Below, one piece after another: positions 1 through 12,158 of a stretch of 64,000 nucleotides of DNA. Origin of the DNA: Octopus sinensis. Its lineage: Eukaryota. The position numbers were made by a program, and so were the translations under genes. The stretch spans positions 175,584,001 to 175,648,000 of the forward strand of contig NC_042997.1 of the NCBI RefSeq assembly GCF_006345805.1. Direction: 5' to 3'. How positions within the stretch are numbered: position 1 is the stretch's first letter; every line of letters starts with the position of its first letter. Below the pieces are notes generated by a model, which ran no database searches, was not told where the DNA came from, and saw only the letters and a list, made by a program, of their open reading frames with translations.

Positions 1-57
1 GGACATAAACACACCAGCATCAGTTGTCAAGTAATGCTAGGGGGACAAACACACATA

Positions 58-115
<58 letters not shown>

Positions 116-949
116 ACAGGCTTCTTTCAGTTTCCATCTACCAAATCCACTCACAAGGTGTTGGTCGGCCCGAGGCTATAGTAGAAGATACTTGCCCAAC
201 GTGCCACGCAGTGGGACTGAACCCGGAACCATGTGGTTGGTAAACAAGCTACTTACCACACAGCCACTCCTGCACCTATCAATCAATTACTGCCTAAAAT
301 CAATTACTTTTTTTTTGCTGTACTCTATATCTAATATTGAGGGTAAGTCTACTTGAATAATCTTGCTAACTCAAAATAAGGAAACAGTCTTTTAGGAATA
401 GCAGCCAAAATAATCTAAAGCAGTTCAAAATCAGAACAAGTCTTGGGTTACAACCAATAATCTCATTAACCCATTGAGTGAATAGTGCACCATTCTAATG
501 CTTCATTCTTCTAATACCGAAATACTTCAGTTACCACATGAATAATAAAAAAAATTTTTTCAGCATAAAATATGATTAATTTTCATACTTTGATCAGCAT
601 TAGAGAAGCAGCAGTACAGCAGTCACAATTCAAGTTGAAAATACTTCTGGCTTTCTGGAAAAGATATGTGAAAGTATTAAAACATTACAAAAGGGACTAA
701 ATTACTAAAAACTTGATTAAAAATAGATTCAGAGAAGACTAGTAAAGCAGATTTGCCAAAGATTATCATCATAGTTTTAACATCCTCTTTTCCATACTTG
801 CATACATCAGACAGAATTTGTTGGGGCAGATTTTCTGCAGCCAGCTGCCTTTCCTGTTGCCAACTTCATCCGTTACCAAGTAAGGTTATATTTCCCCATG
901 GTCAGACATGTTTATGAGAATATTAAAAATGAATGACACTACTCGTTTA

Positions 950-1292
950 ATGGTGAGTGTGTGTCTGAGTGTGTGTATGTGCGAGTGTGTGTGTGCGAGT
1001 GTGAGTGTGTGCGAGAGTGAGTGTGTGCGAGAGTGAGTGTGTGCGAGAGTGAGTGACTGTGTGTGTGTGTGTGTGTGCGAGTGAGTGACTGTGTGTGTGT
1101 GTGTGTGTGTGCGAGTGAGTGACTGTGTGTGTGTGTGTGTGCGAGTGAGTGACTGTGTGTGTGTGTGTGGTGCGAGTGAGTGACTGTGTGTGTGTGTGCG
1201 AGTGTGTGTGTGTGCGAGTGAGTGACTGTGTGTGTGTGTGCGAGTGAGTGTGTGGTGTGTGCGAGTGAGTGTGTGTGTGTGTGTGCGAGTGA

Positions 1293-1387
<95 letters not shown>

Positions 1388-1900
1388 CGCGAGTAAGTGT
1401 GTGTGCGCGAGTGAGTGTGTGTGTGTGCGCGAGTGAGTGTGTGTGTGTGTGCGCGAGTGAGTGTGTGTGTGTGTGTGAGTGAGTGAGTGTGTGAGTGAGT
1501 GAGTGTGCGAGTGAGTGAGTGTGCGAGTGAGTGAGTGTGCGAGTGTGTGTGTGCGAGTGAGTGAGTGTGAGTGAGTGAGTGAGTGTGTGTGAGTGAGTGA
1601 GTGTGTGTGAGTGAGTGAGTGAGTGAGTGTGTGTGCAAGTGAGTGAGTGTGTGTGCAAGTGAGTGAGTGTGTGTGTGCGCGAGTGAGTGAGTGTGTGTGT
1701 GCGAGTGAGTGAGTGTGTGTGCGAGTGAGTGAGTGTGTGTGTGTGTGCGAGTGAGTGAGTGTGCGCGCGAGTGAGTGTGCGCGCGAGTGAGTGTGTGCGC
1801 GAGTGAGTGTGCGCGAGTGAGTGTGCGCAAGTGAGTGTGCGCGAGTGAGTGTGCGCGAGTGAGTGTGTGCGTGTGAGTGTGTGTGTGTGTGAGTGTGTGC
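950..1900. repeat. Compound (GT)n/GAGT/GCGA microsatellite-like array, about 950 bp
   Basis: Seen directly; it produces the spurious His/Thr-rich ORFs. Confidence 0.97.
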
Positions 1901-2372
1901 ACATGGTGGGTCTCTCAGTTTCCATCAAATAGTCACAAGGCTTAGGTCAGACCTGAATTATAGAAGATAATTGCCTAAAGTGGCACACAGTGAGATGAAA
2001 CTGGAAACCAGGCAATCAGGAAGCAAACTTCTTAACCACAGAACCACATCCGCATTTATTAATTTGATACAACAGAAAAAGACAAAAAAACCCATTAAAA
2101 TAAGCTCAAGTTAATTTTATGAATTACTAAAATCCAAGTAGTGTAGCAATGTATGTGCATAGATATGTACATATACATGTAAGCATGCGCAACTGAAGGA
2201 AATCCGTTTTGCAAACAGTTTGGAACTTGTATGCAAAAAGTTTGCCAGCATAATCAAAAGTGCAGCTCAACACTTTGAAGGCAACAATGTACTCTAAAAT
2301 AGAGGTTTGCAAATTTATATATAAATTATTTTATAAAATTTACCCAAAAAATAAACATTTTAAAATAAGGCT

Positions 2373-2597
2373 TTAACCCTTTTGTTACCGTATTTATTTT
2401 GAGATGTTCTGTGTTTCTTTCAATTACATTAAATATAACATAGAATTTAGTAAAATAACTTAGTTATCATTCAACTAGTGTTAGGAACATAAATTGTGAC
2501 AGGTTTGGGGAAGATTTTTATTCAAAACTTATGAAAATAAGACATTTGTACTTAAAGCAAGTGCCAGTTTCAGGCGGGTTGATAATGAAAGGGTTAA
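2373..2597. mobile_element. piggyBac-like MITE; sister copies at 19561-19788 and 21403-21631 (opposite orientation), related family at 17765-17976 and about 2955-3184
   Basis: TTAA|CCCTTT...AAAGGG|TTAA ends with shared internal sequence. Confidence 0.8.
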
Positions 2598-2609
2598 AAG
2601 AATGCTTAC

Positions 2610-2691
2610 TTTTGCAGCAATAGCTCTCTTGAACCAGTTCTGAATAAAGGTTGCAGCAGCATGGCGTCTTGCAATTGTTTCTTTGAGTTGT
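2610..2691 (-). CDS. ASPM: ASPM exon 18 (IQ motif)
   Basis: [28 protein letters not shown]; phase 2 to 0; donor AAA|GTAAGC. Confidence 0.88.
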
Positions 2692-5600
2692 CTAAAGAAC
2701 AAAAAGAAAAATATGCTTATCTTTCATTTGAAAAAAAAATTTGAGGTTTACATCTTTGGTTTTAATGGAATAGCTTTTCAAACAATTTTGTTTCAGTTTG
2801 TCATCAGGTAAGATTTAGTCCCTTATCTTTATTGCACATAGAGATTTCATACTTTCATCCACTATGTTATGGACAGTATAAAGTAAATGTTTTAAAAGTA
2901 AATGATATCAAATGCTTTTTTCTTTCCTCCTAATTAAATAAATTCAGTATAATAATTCAACTCTTTGGTATTCAAATTACTCTGTCAAATGTAATACATA
3001 TTCATTCACATTAGTTTGAATTAATCATGCATTATCTTGTAGCTTTGAGATTTCAGTGATGCAATTGCTAATGTTTGAATAACACAGTTACGTATAGGTA
3101 GGCAACCAAATTTGGCCAATTTCAACATAAAACAGGTAGAAAATTTGGGACCAGAAAAGGCTGGTTTAAATGCTAAAGGGTTAAACTAAAATCATGTTAA
3201 ATATAACACACTCGAGAGCCAAAATTAAGTGTATCTGAAACACTAAAGCAAGATTTAAAGTACTAATGGTATTTATTCTTTATAAAAATTTATTTTTTAC
3301 ACTTAAATGTTTTATAATGTAATGGTTGAGCAATCTCCTACAGACAAAACCAACGTTAATTTCAAAAGCTTAATTCACTAAAACAGCATCTGGTAGTACA
3401 GATAACAAGACTTAAATTCTATTTCAAAATGCAACTGCTAAAAGAAAAATGTAAAATGAAAATACCTGCGAGATTCCAATATTCGATACCATCTTTGGAT
3501 CTTGATGGCACTAGATCTCTGTGTTAAAAAGCATCTACGTTCCAGCTTCATCCGTACAATTGATTGTAAAAAGACTGTTGAGGTTTTAAGACTACAATAA
3601 TTCTTCCTTTCAATCTCCATTTGAATACAAGCTCGGTACCATTGCTGAATTTTAATTACAGAAGACTTTGTTCTTTTGAAATGTCTTTCTTGAATTGTTC
3701 TTCGTAGGTGAGATTGTATTGTTATTACAGAAGCTCTAACCTTTAAATAATCTTCTCTAGCCAGTTTCATTGCAATGAGAGACTGAAACCACTGTTGAAT
3801 AACTCGGATAGCCACTTGCTTTGATAAGTAGCTTTTTCGTTCTGCTCTCATACTTGAAGTAGCTCTCCACCACTCTTGCAGTTTGACAGCACACTGTTTT
3901 TGTTTATTAAACTTCTTCTGCTCTCTATAGCACCGATATACTGACTGGATCTTTATAACAGCCATTCGATATTCTATGTATCTTTGATGATCACTTCGCA
4001 TTAAAATAACAGCACGATACCAATTCTGAATTTTCAAGGCACTATCTTTAAGTTCAAGAAATTTCTTCTGCTGTTGCCAGCTACGAACATGTGATTGCAT
4101 TTTGATAGTATATGTCTTAAGGGAGAGATAATAGGCTCTATCAGATTTTGCTACTTTACAAGCCCTAAACCAATTTTGCAGTAAAACAACACTTTCTTTT
4201 TGTTTGCAGAATTTTTGTCTTGTTAAGAATTGCCGGACATGTGCTTGAATTGTGGTGACAGCAATTCTTTTTTGCAGAAATTGTTGACGGCAGATTTTCA
4301 TACTTCTCAGAGCTCGAAACCTAGCTTGAAGAATCTTGGTATATTTTTTAAGTTCCAAATAATCCTTATGGCATTGTCTCATTTGACTGATAGATCTGTA
4401 CCATTGTTGAATTACAATAGCAGCATTTTTGCAATTTAAATACTTTTTCTGTTGTTGTTTTGCTCTAACTAAAGCCTGCATTCTAATAATTGTTCTTTTT
4501 TCAGCTTGAAACTTAGTTTTAGCCAAATAAGCACGCCAACGGCACTGAATAATTACAGCAGAGTGGCATTTTAATTGTAACTCTCTTCGAACTTGACTGC
4601 CCCGAAACAAGGCTTGTATCAAGGTAACAAAAGCAATTATATTATTGTATCTTCTTCTGGCAATAAATCCTCGTAGATTGCTTTGGATCTTTATGGCAGC
4701 ATTCTTCTGGGCAATAAAATCATGGCGAACACGTTTCCCAATCAAATAAGCAGACATGTACTGCTGCAGAACACAAGTAGCAGTTTTCAATTTGGAGAAC
4801 TCTTTTTGAGCTACATAACATTTCCATGTGGCCTGTATCAGTTGTGCTGCATTGTTTTGTCTTTTTTCTTCTTGAAGTTGTTTCTCTCGCAATTCCTGAA
4901 GAAACTGCATCCGAAGTTTTCTACTTTCAAGTTTGGATCTGTAGAGTTTCTGAATTAAAATTACAGATGAAAGTAACTTTAAGTATCTGGATTGGCAATA
5001 ATGCTTCCTGAAGCTTGACTGAATAACTACAGCAGCTGCCATTTGATTTTTCAACAATTGGCGCTGCATTACACCACGCCACATAGATTGGATTTGTATA
5101 CAAGCCTGCTTTTCTTTCAAGAATTTGTTCCGTTGTTTTCTGCACAAGATAATACCTTGTACCATCGTTGTATCTGGGTTGTTGACCTGCAGAGGGAACG
5201 ATAGTTTTGACGTTCTTGATGCATTCTTACTGCTGCTTGTAAAACACGGATAGCCTCGAGCTGTTTGTGGTACTTTCTCTGCTGGGAATACATACGGTAA
5301 AAGCTCTGTAGAACTATGACAGCACTTTTCATTCTTTGGTAATCTGAGGCAACACGGTAGCTTTCTTGACGATTCCTGTACCATCTTTGAATTACAATGG
5401 CACACTGTTGTTCAAGAACACCCCTAGACACATCTAAAATGTTTGGTCTTGAATCTCCTGCATCAATCTACAAAAACAAATTTTTGAAAAATTAAAATCA
5501 TTACATGATCCTTTTTTAAATGATTTATAACAGTCATCAATAAGGTTTCTAAGAAAATCTGCATTCTTTATTAAAATTTTCTCTTTCAATTTTTAGCACT

Positions 5601-8600
5601 ATGATATTCAAATTCTTGGAAAAGATATTATGCAGTTTTATTATATCACCAATACAATCTTTAGTGAAACTATTGCCTATGTTTCTGTTAAATGTAGTGT
5701 TTTGCTCAACAAAACACCAATAGCTGTATTGGTAATAAGCTTGGAATCTTTACCATATAATCACTGTAACTTTGAACCTTGGAAATGACCATCATTAAAC
5801 ATCCATGTTCCATGTTAACATGGGTTGGACAATTTGACAGAATCCATCAGGTTCAATATCTGCATCTTGTGGTTTACTTTGGCATGGTTTCTATGGCTGG
5901 ATACTCTTCCTGATGCCAACCACTTTACAATAAGTAATGGGTGCTTTTTTTCAAAGCACTAAGGCCACCATACAGTTTACTAGACTAAGATCCTCTTTAG
6001 CTGAGTAGAGCTTATGCAAGGAGGTGAGTGTTAAAATAGGAGGGAAGTGGCCAAAATAACACAGGTTGCTTCCTGTAAAGGAGCTACAGGGCTACTTGCA
6101 TTATTGAAGAGAGGGTGAGAGCGACTAGGAAGAGTTAAAAGAATAAGGGGTCATAGTGAACCCTTAAGTTATAAGGCAAGTAGGAGTGGAGGCAAGTAGA
6201 AGTGAGTGACAGGAGAACAAAGTGTAGATGAGTAGACAGTGCAAAAGTGTACAAAGAATAAAAGATGGTTAAAGATGGAGAATGGGTGAAGAGCTGAATA
6301 TAATTAACTGTTGAGGGACAAGTAGGGATGGTAGGAAAGAGCAGGTGACAAATGTAGAGATTAGGTAAGATTGAGGGGTGGATGCTGTGAATGGTGACTG
6401 GGAACGTGACCAATGCTGCAAGTTGGGGAGCAAAAGGAGAGTAAGAGATGACTGACAGTAGAGAAAAAGTGGCGATTAGATCATTACTATGTTGGCTTTA
6501 GTTCCACATATCACATGGAAAACAAAAATTCTAAGATTTCATTTGGATATGAAGCAGCAACAAGCTAAAATCCATAATTTATCAAAAGAACATAAAACAA
6601 AACCAGACAGGAGGAAAAAAATAAACTTTAAAAAAACTTAAATGCTATATTTACCTGATTCTGAAGTATCAAACTCTTTTCTTCAAAGTCCATATCAGAA
6701 TGTGGTTGGAGACTTGTATTGATTTTACTGGAGTTCAGCACCTGGGTACCATCAGCACTGTCACTTTCATTACATTCAATCTGTGACAGGTGTTTGCTAT
6801 CATATTTAGAGGAAGAAAGTCTTTCATAATCAACTATTCTGGAATTGTTGGCATCTGTTATAATATTGGCAGTAGAACTAGCAGAGCTGCCTTTCTGATC
6901 ATCACCATTAGAAACCATTGAGAAATCTTGGTCACAATGAGAAAATTCATCCTGAAGATCACAGTGTCCATCAGCAGGACAGTCAGCTGATAGATCATGG
7001 TGACCATCAGTGGAGCCATTTTGTAGACCACGGTCACCGTCAGTGGAGTCATTTAGCAGAAGAACACGGTCACCATCGGCGCAGTCATTTTGCAGAGGAA
7101 CATGGTCACCATCAGCGGAGTCATTTTGCAGAGGAACACAGTTACCGTCGGCAGAGTCACATTGCAGAAGAACACAGTTACCGTCAGCGGAGTCATTTTG
7201 CAAAAGAACACGATTACCATCGGCAGAGTCATTTTGCAAAAGAACACGGTCACCATCAGTGGAGTCATTTTGCAGAACACGGTCACCAACAGTGGAGTCA
7301 TTTTGCAGACGAACACAGTCACCGTCAGCGGAGTCATTTTGCAAAAGAACACGGTCACCGTCAGTGGAGTCATTTCGCAGGACATGGTCACCGACAGCAG
7401 AGTCATTTCGCAGAACATGGTCACCATCAGTGGAGTCATTTTGCAGGACATGGTCACCGACAGCAGAGTCATTTAGCAGGACATGGTCACCGACAGCAGA
7501 GTCATTTCGCAGAACATGGTCACCGACAGCAGAGTCATTTCGCAGAACATGGTCACCGACAGCAGAGTCATTTCGCAGAACATGGTCACCGACAGCAGAG
7601 TCATTTCGCAGAACATGGTCACCGACAGCAGAGTCATTTCGCAGAACATGGTCACCGACAGCAGAGTCATTTCGCAGAACATGGTCACCGACAGCAGAGT
7701 CATTTCGCAGCAGAACATGGTCACCATCAGTGGAGTCATTTTGCAGGACATGGTCACCGACAGCAGAGTCATTTCGCAGGACATGGTCACCGACAGCAGA
7801 GTCATTTCGCAGAACATGGTCACCGACAGCAGAGTCATTTCGCAGAACATGGTCACCGACAGCAGAGTCATTTCGCAGAACATGGTCACCGACAGCAGAG
7901 TCATTTCGCAGAACATGGTCACCGACAGCAGAGTCATTTCGCAGAACATGGTCACCGACAGCAGAGTCATTTCGCAGAACATGGTCACCGACAGCAGAGT
8001 CATTTCGCAGAACATGGTCACCGACAGCAGAGTCATTTCGCAGAACATGGTCACCGACAGCAGAGTCATTTCGCAGAACATGGTCACCGACAGCAGAGTC
8101 ATTTCGCAGAACATGGTCACCGACAGCAGAGTCATTTCGCAGAACATGGTCACCGAAAGCGGAGTCATTTTGCAAAAGAACACGGTTGCCATCAGTGGAG
8201 TCATTTTGCAAAAGAACACGGTCACCGTCAGTGGAGTCATTTTGCAGGACATGGTCACCGACAGCAGAGTCATTTCGCAGAACATGGTCACCGAAAGCGG
8301 AGTCATTTTGCAGAAGAACACGGTTGCCATCAGCGGAGTCATTTTGCAAAAGAACACGGTCACCGTCAGTGGAGTCATTTTGCAGAACATGGTCACCGAC
8401 AGCAGAGTCATTTCTCAGAACATGGTCACCGACAGCAGAGTCATTTCGCAGAACATGGTCACCGACAGCGGAGTCATTTTGCAGAAGAACATGGTTACCA
8501 TCGGTGTAGTCATTTTGCAGAAGAACATGGTCACTGTCAGTGGAGGCAGTTTGCAGAAGAACATGGTCACCATCAGTGGAGTCATTTTGCAGAACACGGT

Positions 8601-11600
8601 TACAGTCAGTGGAGTCATTTTGCAGATCACGGTGACCATCAGTGGAGTCATCTAGCAGATCACGGTGGCTGTTAGTAGAGTCATCTAGCAGACCACGGTG
8701 GCTGTCGGTGGAGTCATTTTGCATGTTATGTTCATGGTAACAGTCAAGGTTATTTTGTAGATCACAGTGACCATCAGTGGGGTCATCTAGCTGACCACAA
8801 TTTTCAGCATAAGCATCTGGCTGATCACAGTGCTTGTTTGTGGTGTCTTTTTTCAAGTCACAATGGACTTTGTTGATTTTTGCTCTCTTCAGAAATTTAC
8901 CAGAATCATCCAGAGTACTAAGATGTTCCAATTCATTCAAAGTCGAAGTCTCTAATCTACTTCTAATCTCAGTTGTGCTGTTTGCTTCACTTTCGTTAAT
9001 GTTAGCTTTATCATTGAGATCTATATTTCTATCTGGTGTACCATCATTCAAGTTCTGATTATGCTCCAAATATTTATTGGGACTACAAACAGATTGTTGT
9101 TTAGAGATTGCTTGCACTCCAATATATTCAGTCACTATCTCATCTCCAGATTTCTCAACACTGCAAATGTTGCTTTGAACACCATTATCAATATCTATAG
9201 TCTGATTTAAGAGACGGGAATGGTGAGGTTTATTGTTATTGTTAATCTCAAAAGTGCCATTAAGGGGATTATTGAAATCTTCATGCTCAAATTCAATAGT
9301 TTGATTCAATTTTGATGTTTTTAAATTGATACATCCCTCTCTGGCATTCCGGTTTTCTTGCTTCTGTTGGCCAAGATCATTTGAATCATTTACTTTACGA
9401 ATGACTAAGTTGAGTGGTGAGTTATTGGTTTCTGCATCTCTTTGATAGTTGTTCCCGTCAGAAACTAAATCCAGACATGAAACTTCTGCTATTGTGTCCA
9501 AATTACACTTTGGCAAGTAACTGTGCTCAGTATTATTGTGTTTCTGATCACACTGGAATGGTGAAAGAGCCAAATTTTTATTTGAGTGTTCTACCAATGA
9601 ACTAGTCTTGTCGTATGATCCAACTTGGGGAGAAAGGACTTGTATTTTATTTATTGTATTACATTGCCATTGGGTTACCACTGCAGATTTACTCTTCATC
9701 TAAACCAAATAAAATTAAAAATAAAGCCAACTATTAGCAAAAGAAATGTTAAAAATATTTATTTGAAAATTTGGAAGGAAAAATTACATGATATACGTTC
9801 ATTCAAGCATAAATACTTACCCTCTGTAGCCTCTGCTTCTTGCGCCAGAGATATTTCCGCCAGGCCATTTGGATAACAATAGCCGCTCTTGCTTCATGTC
9901 TTATTTCAAGTAAACGTATGGCAAGGTAAGTAATATAGGTGATCACTACTTTCTCATCTGGTATAGTATTGGACATGTCCGAGTGACGCAACATAGCTGG
10001 TACACCACCAATAGCACTCACCTAAAATACATAAATACTTATTAAATATAAAATATCTGCAACTTTATGTAGTAACAATATTTTCATTAATCAACACAAT
10101 ATTTTCGTTAAATATTAGCAAAATTTACAAAAAATAATTTCAAACTAACAGTTTCAATCAGTTAACTTGCCTTGCTCTCAAGAGTGAGAGCAGCGTAACT
10201 GCTAAGACAAATTTAATGACAAGCCTTATGTCAAAAGTTACAATCAAATGCTTATTTCAAAATTAAAACCCTTCAAACATAATTTTTAGTGTACCATGAG
10301 AAGAGAATTGTTTCAAGTAGCACTCTCACTCCTACTGTATATTTTGGGACTACTGAACTACAAGTCTCTAAATTGTGATTAGCTGACTTCATGTTAAGCT
10401 TCAACTCAAAATCTCAAGTACCCTACCCCATGTCTTGCCATTTGAACTTGGTCTTTAACTTAGTAAAGGTTATCTGAGTTACATGTAGCCTTACCATAAA
10501 ACCTCAAATAGAAGAAAAAAAAAAGTCACAACTTACTTTTTTAGCAATAAGTTTAAAATTTTCGGCTTCATTAGCTAAAAGAGCTTCATAAATTTTAGGT
10601 TTCCCTGTTTCTGAAACAAATTTTATAAAAACAAATATAATTTCTTTTTGATAAAGTAACTCAGTATACAGAAACAGAAATATTGGTGATGTGTCCAAGT
10701 ACATGAATAAGTAACAGTACAATGCAGTAAACCAAACTTACTAGGGCTAAACCGAGTGCTGAAAGTGAGTTCATCCAAACTCTGATCACTGTCTTGTTGT
10801 TGATTTTCACATTCATTGATGTAAGTTACTGTTGTGTCCCGTTTGATTTCAGACAGTGGCAGCAATCCAGGATAATAATGATGAATTAGATAACACAAAA
10901 CACGTCCATCAGAGAAGGATACTGTAAAATTCTCAATCTGAAATTTGCAAGGAAAGCAAATAAAAAAAAAGTTATAATGAAAGTAAATGAAAAATAGAAT
11001 TAGACTCAAGTATTTCACATATCAGAATGTAAAAGTTACTTTGTTACTCCCGAGAAAAAGATTAGTCTTGTATAACAACTTCTACATAGATGAACTTAAT
11101 CTGCTCAACCATCACAAATACAATTCAAATTGGAACAAGTTTCTACAGAAATTCTATTTTGACAAATTTGTTTATTAAATTAAAATCTAATTTGCTTAAT
11201 CAATTTATCGTTTTCTTTTGACATATGAAATAATTGAAGCAATTGTTCTACAGTATCAAGACAACTACCTACTAGATAATTACCTCCTAATAATTATTAA
11301 ATATTGTAAATATAGTCCACAGATTTCAGTTTTAGTGGCGATATAATATAAATCTTATTGGATAACAGCTAAAACTATTTGGTTTCATAAGAATTTATTA
11401 GCACCCCAATAGTTGCACTTTTAATTTTCTCTTAATTTGGATGACTTACCCAGGGCAAATATCCGAAGGTAATTGTCTTATGGGGGTGGGGACAATTATA
11501 AAAAGATTTTATAACCCTCCGGCCACAATGAAGAACTAACACAATGCAATATCTTAAGGTTTGTTCTCCAGACAATATGATAATTTCACAGTATGAGATG

Positions 11601-12075
11601 GTCACAACCCTTCTCAATTTCAGTCAGTGAGAGTGATGGTTAGCATATCATTCCCTCCACCACACCAATGCTCTTGACAACTGAAATCCAAATGCTATTA
11701 GCTGCTAATGGAGTTTATCATAATAGACTAAGTGCACATGTCTACATCAAGGGGACAACTTCGTTCTTAACACCCTCAGACTACCACTGTATGCTTCTTC
11801 CTCAACCTAAACAATGTTGGTACCAGCAGCCTTAGGCTGGCAGCTCCCATTGCTGCAAAAGCTATCTATATCATGAAGATGTGGCTTCTCAGTTATAGTG
11901 AAAGTAACCATAGGCGTAGGAGTGGCTATGTGGTAAGTAGCTTGTTTACCAACCACATGGTTCTGGGTTCAGTCCCACTGCGTGGCACCTTGGGCAAGTG
12001 TCTTCTACTATAGCCTCGGGTCGACCAAAGCCTTGTGAGTGGATTTGGTAGATGGAAATTGAAAGAAGCCCGTCG

Positions 12076-12158
<83 letters not shown>

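Noticed and set aside
886-1928. Long His/Thr-rich ORFs
   Set aside because: Translations of a (GT)n-derived microsatellite.
6918-8675. 585-aa His-rich plus-strand ORF ([11 protein letters not shown])n, reminiscent of cephalopod His-rich structural proteins, and other overlapping repeat ORFs
   Set aside because: These are antisense or alternative frames of the 33-bp repeat. They end at the array edges and lack a signal peptide, whereas the minus-strand frame extends into unique sequence and has splice sites in phase with ASPM.
11912-11985. tRNA genes at SINE heads
   Set aside because: A/B boxes are present but there is no full cloverleaf, and each continues into a SINE body repeated many times.
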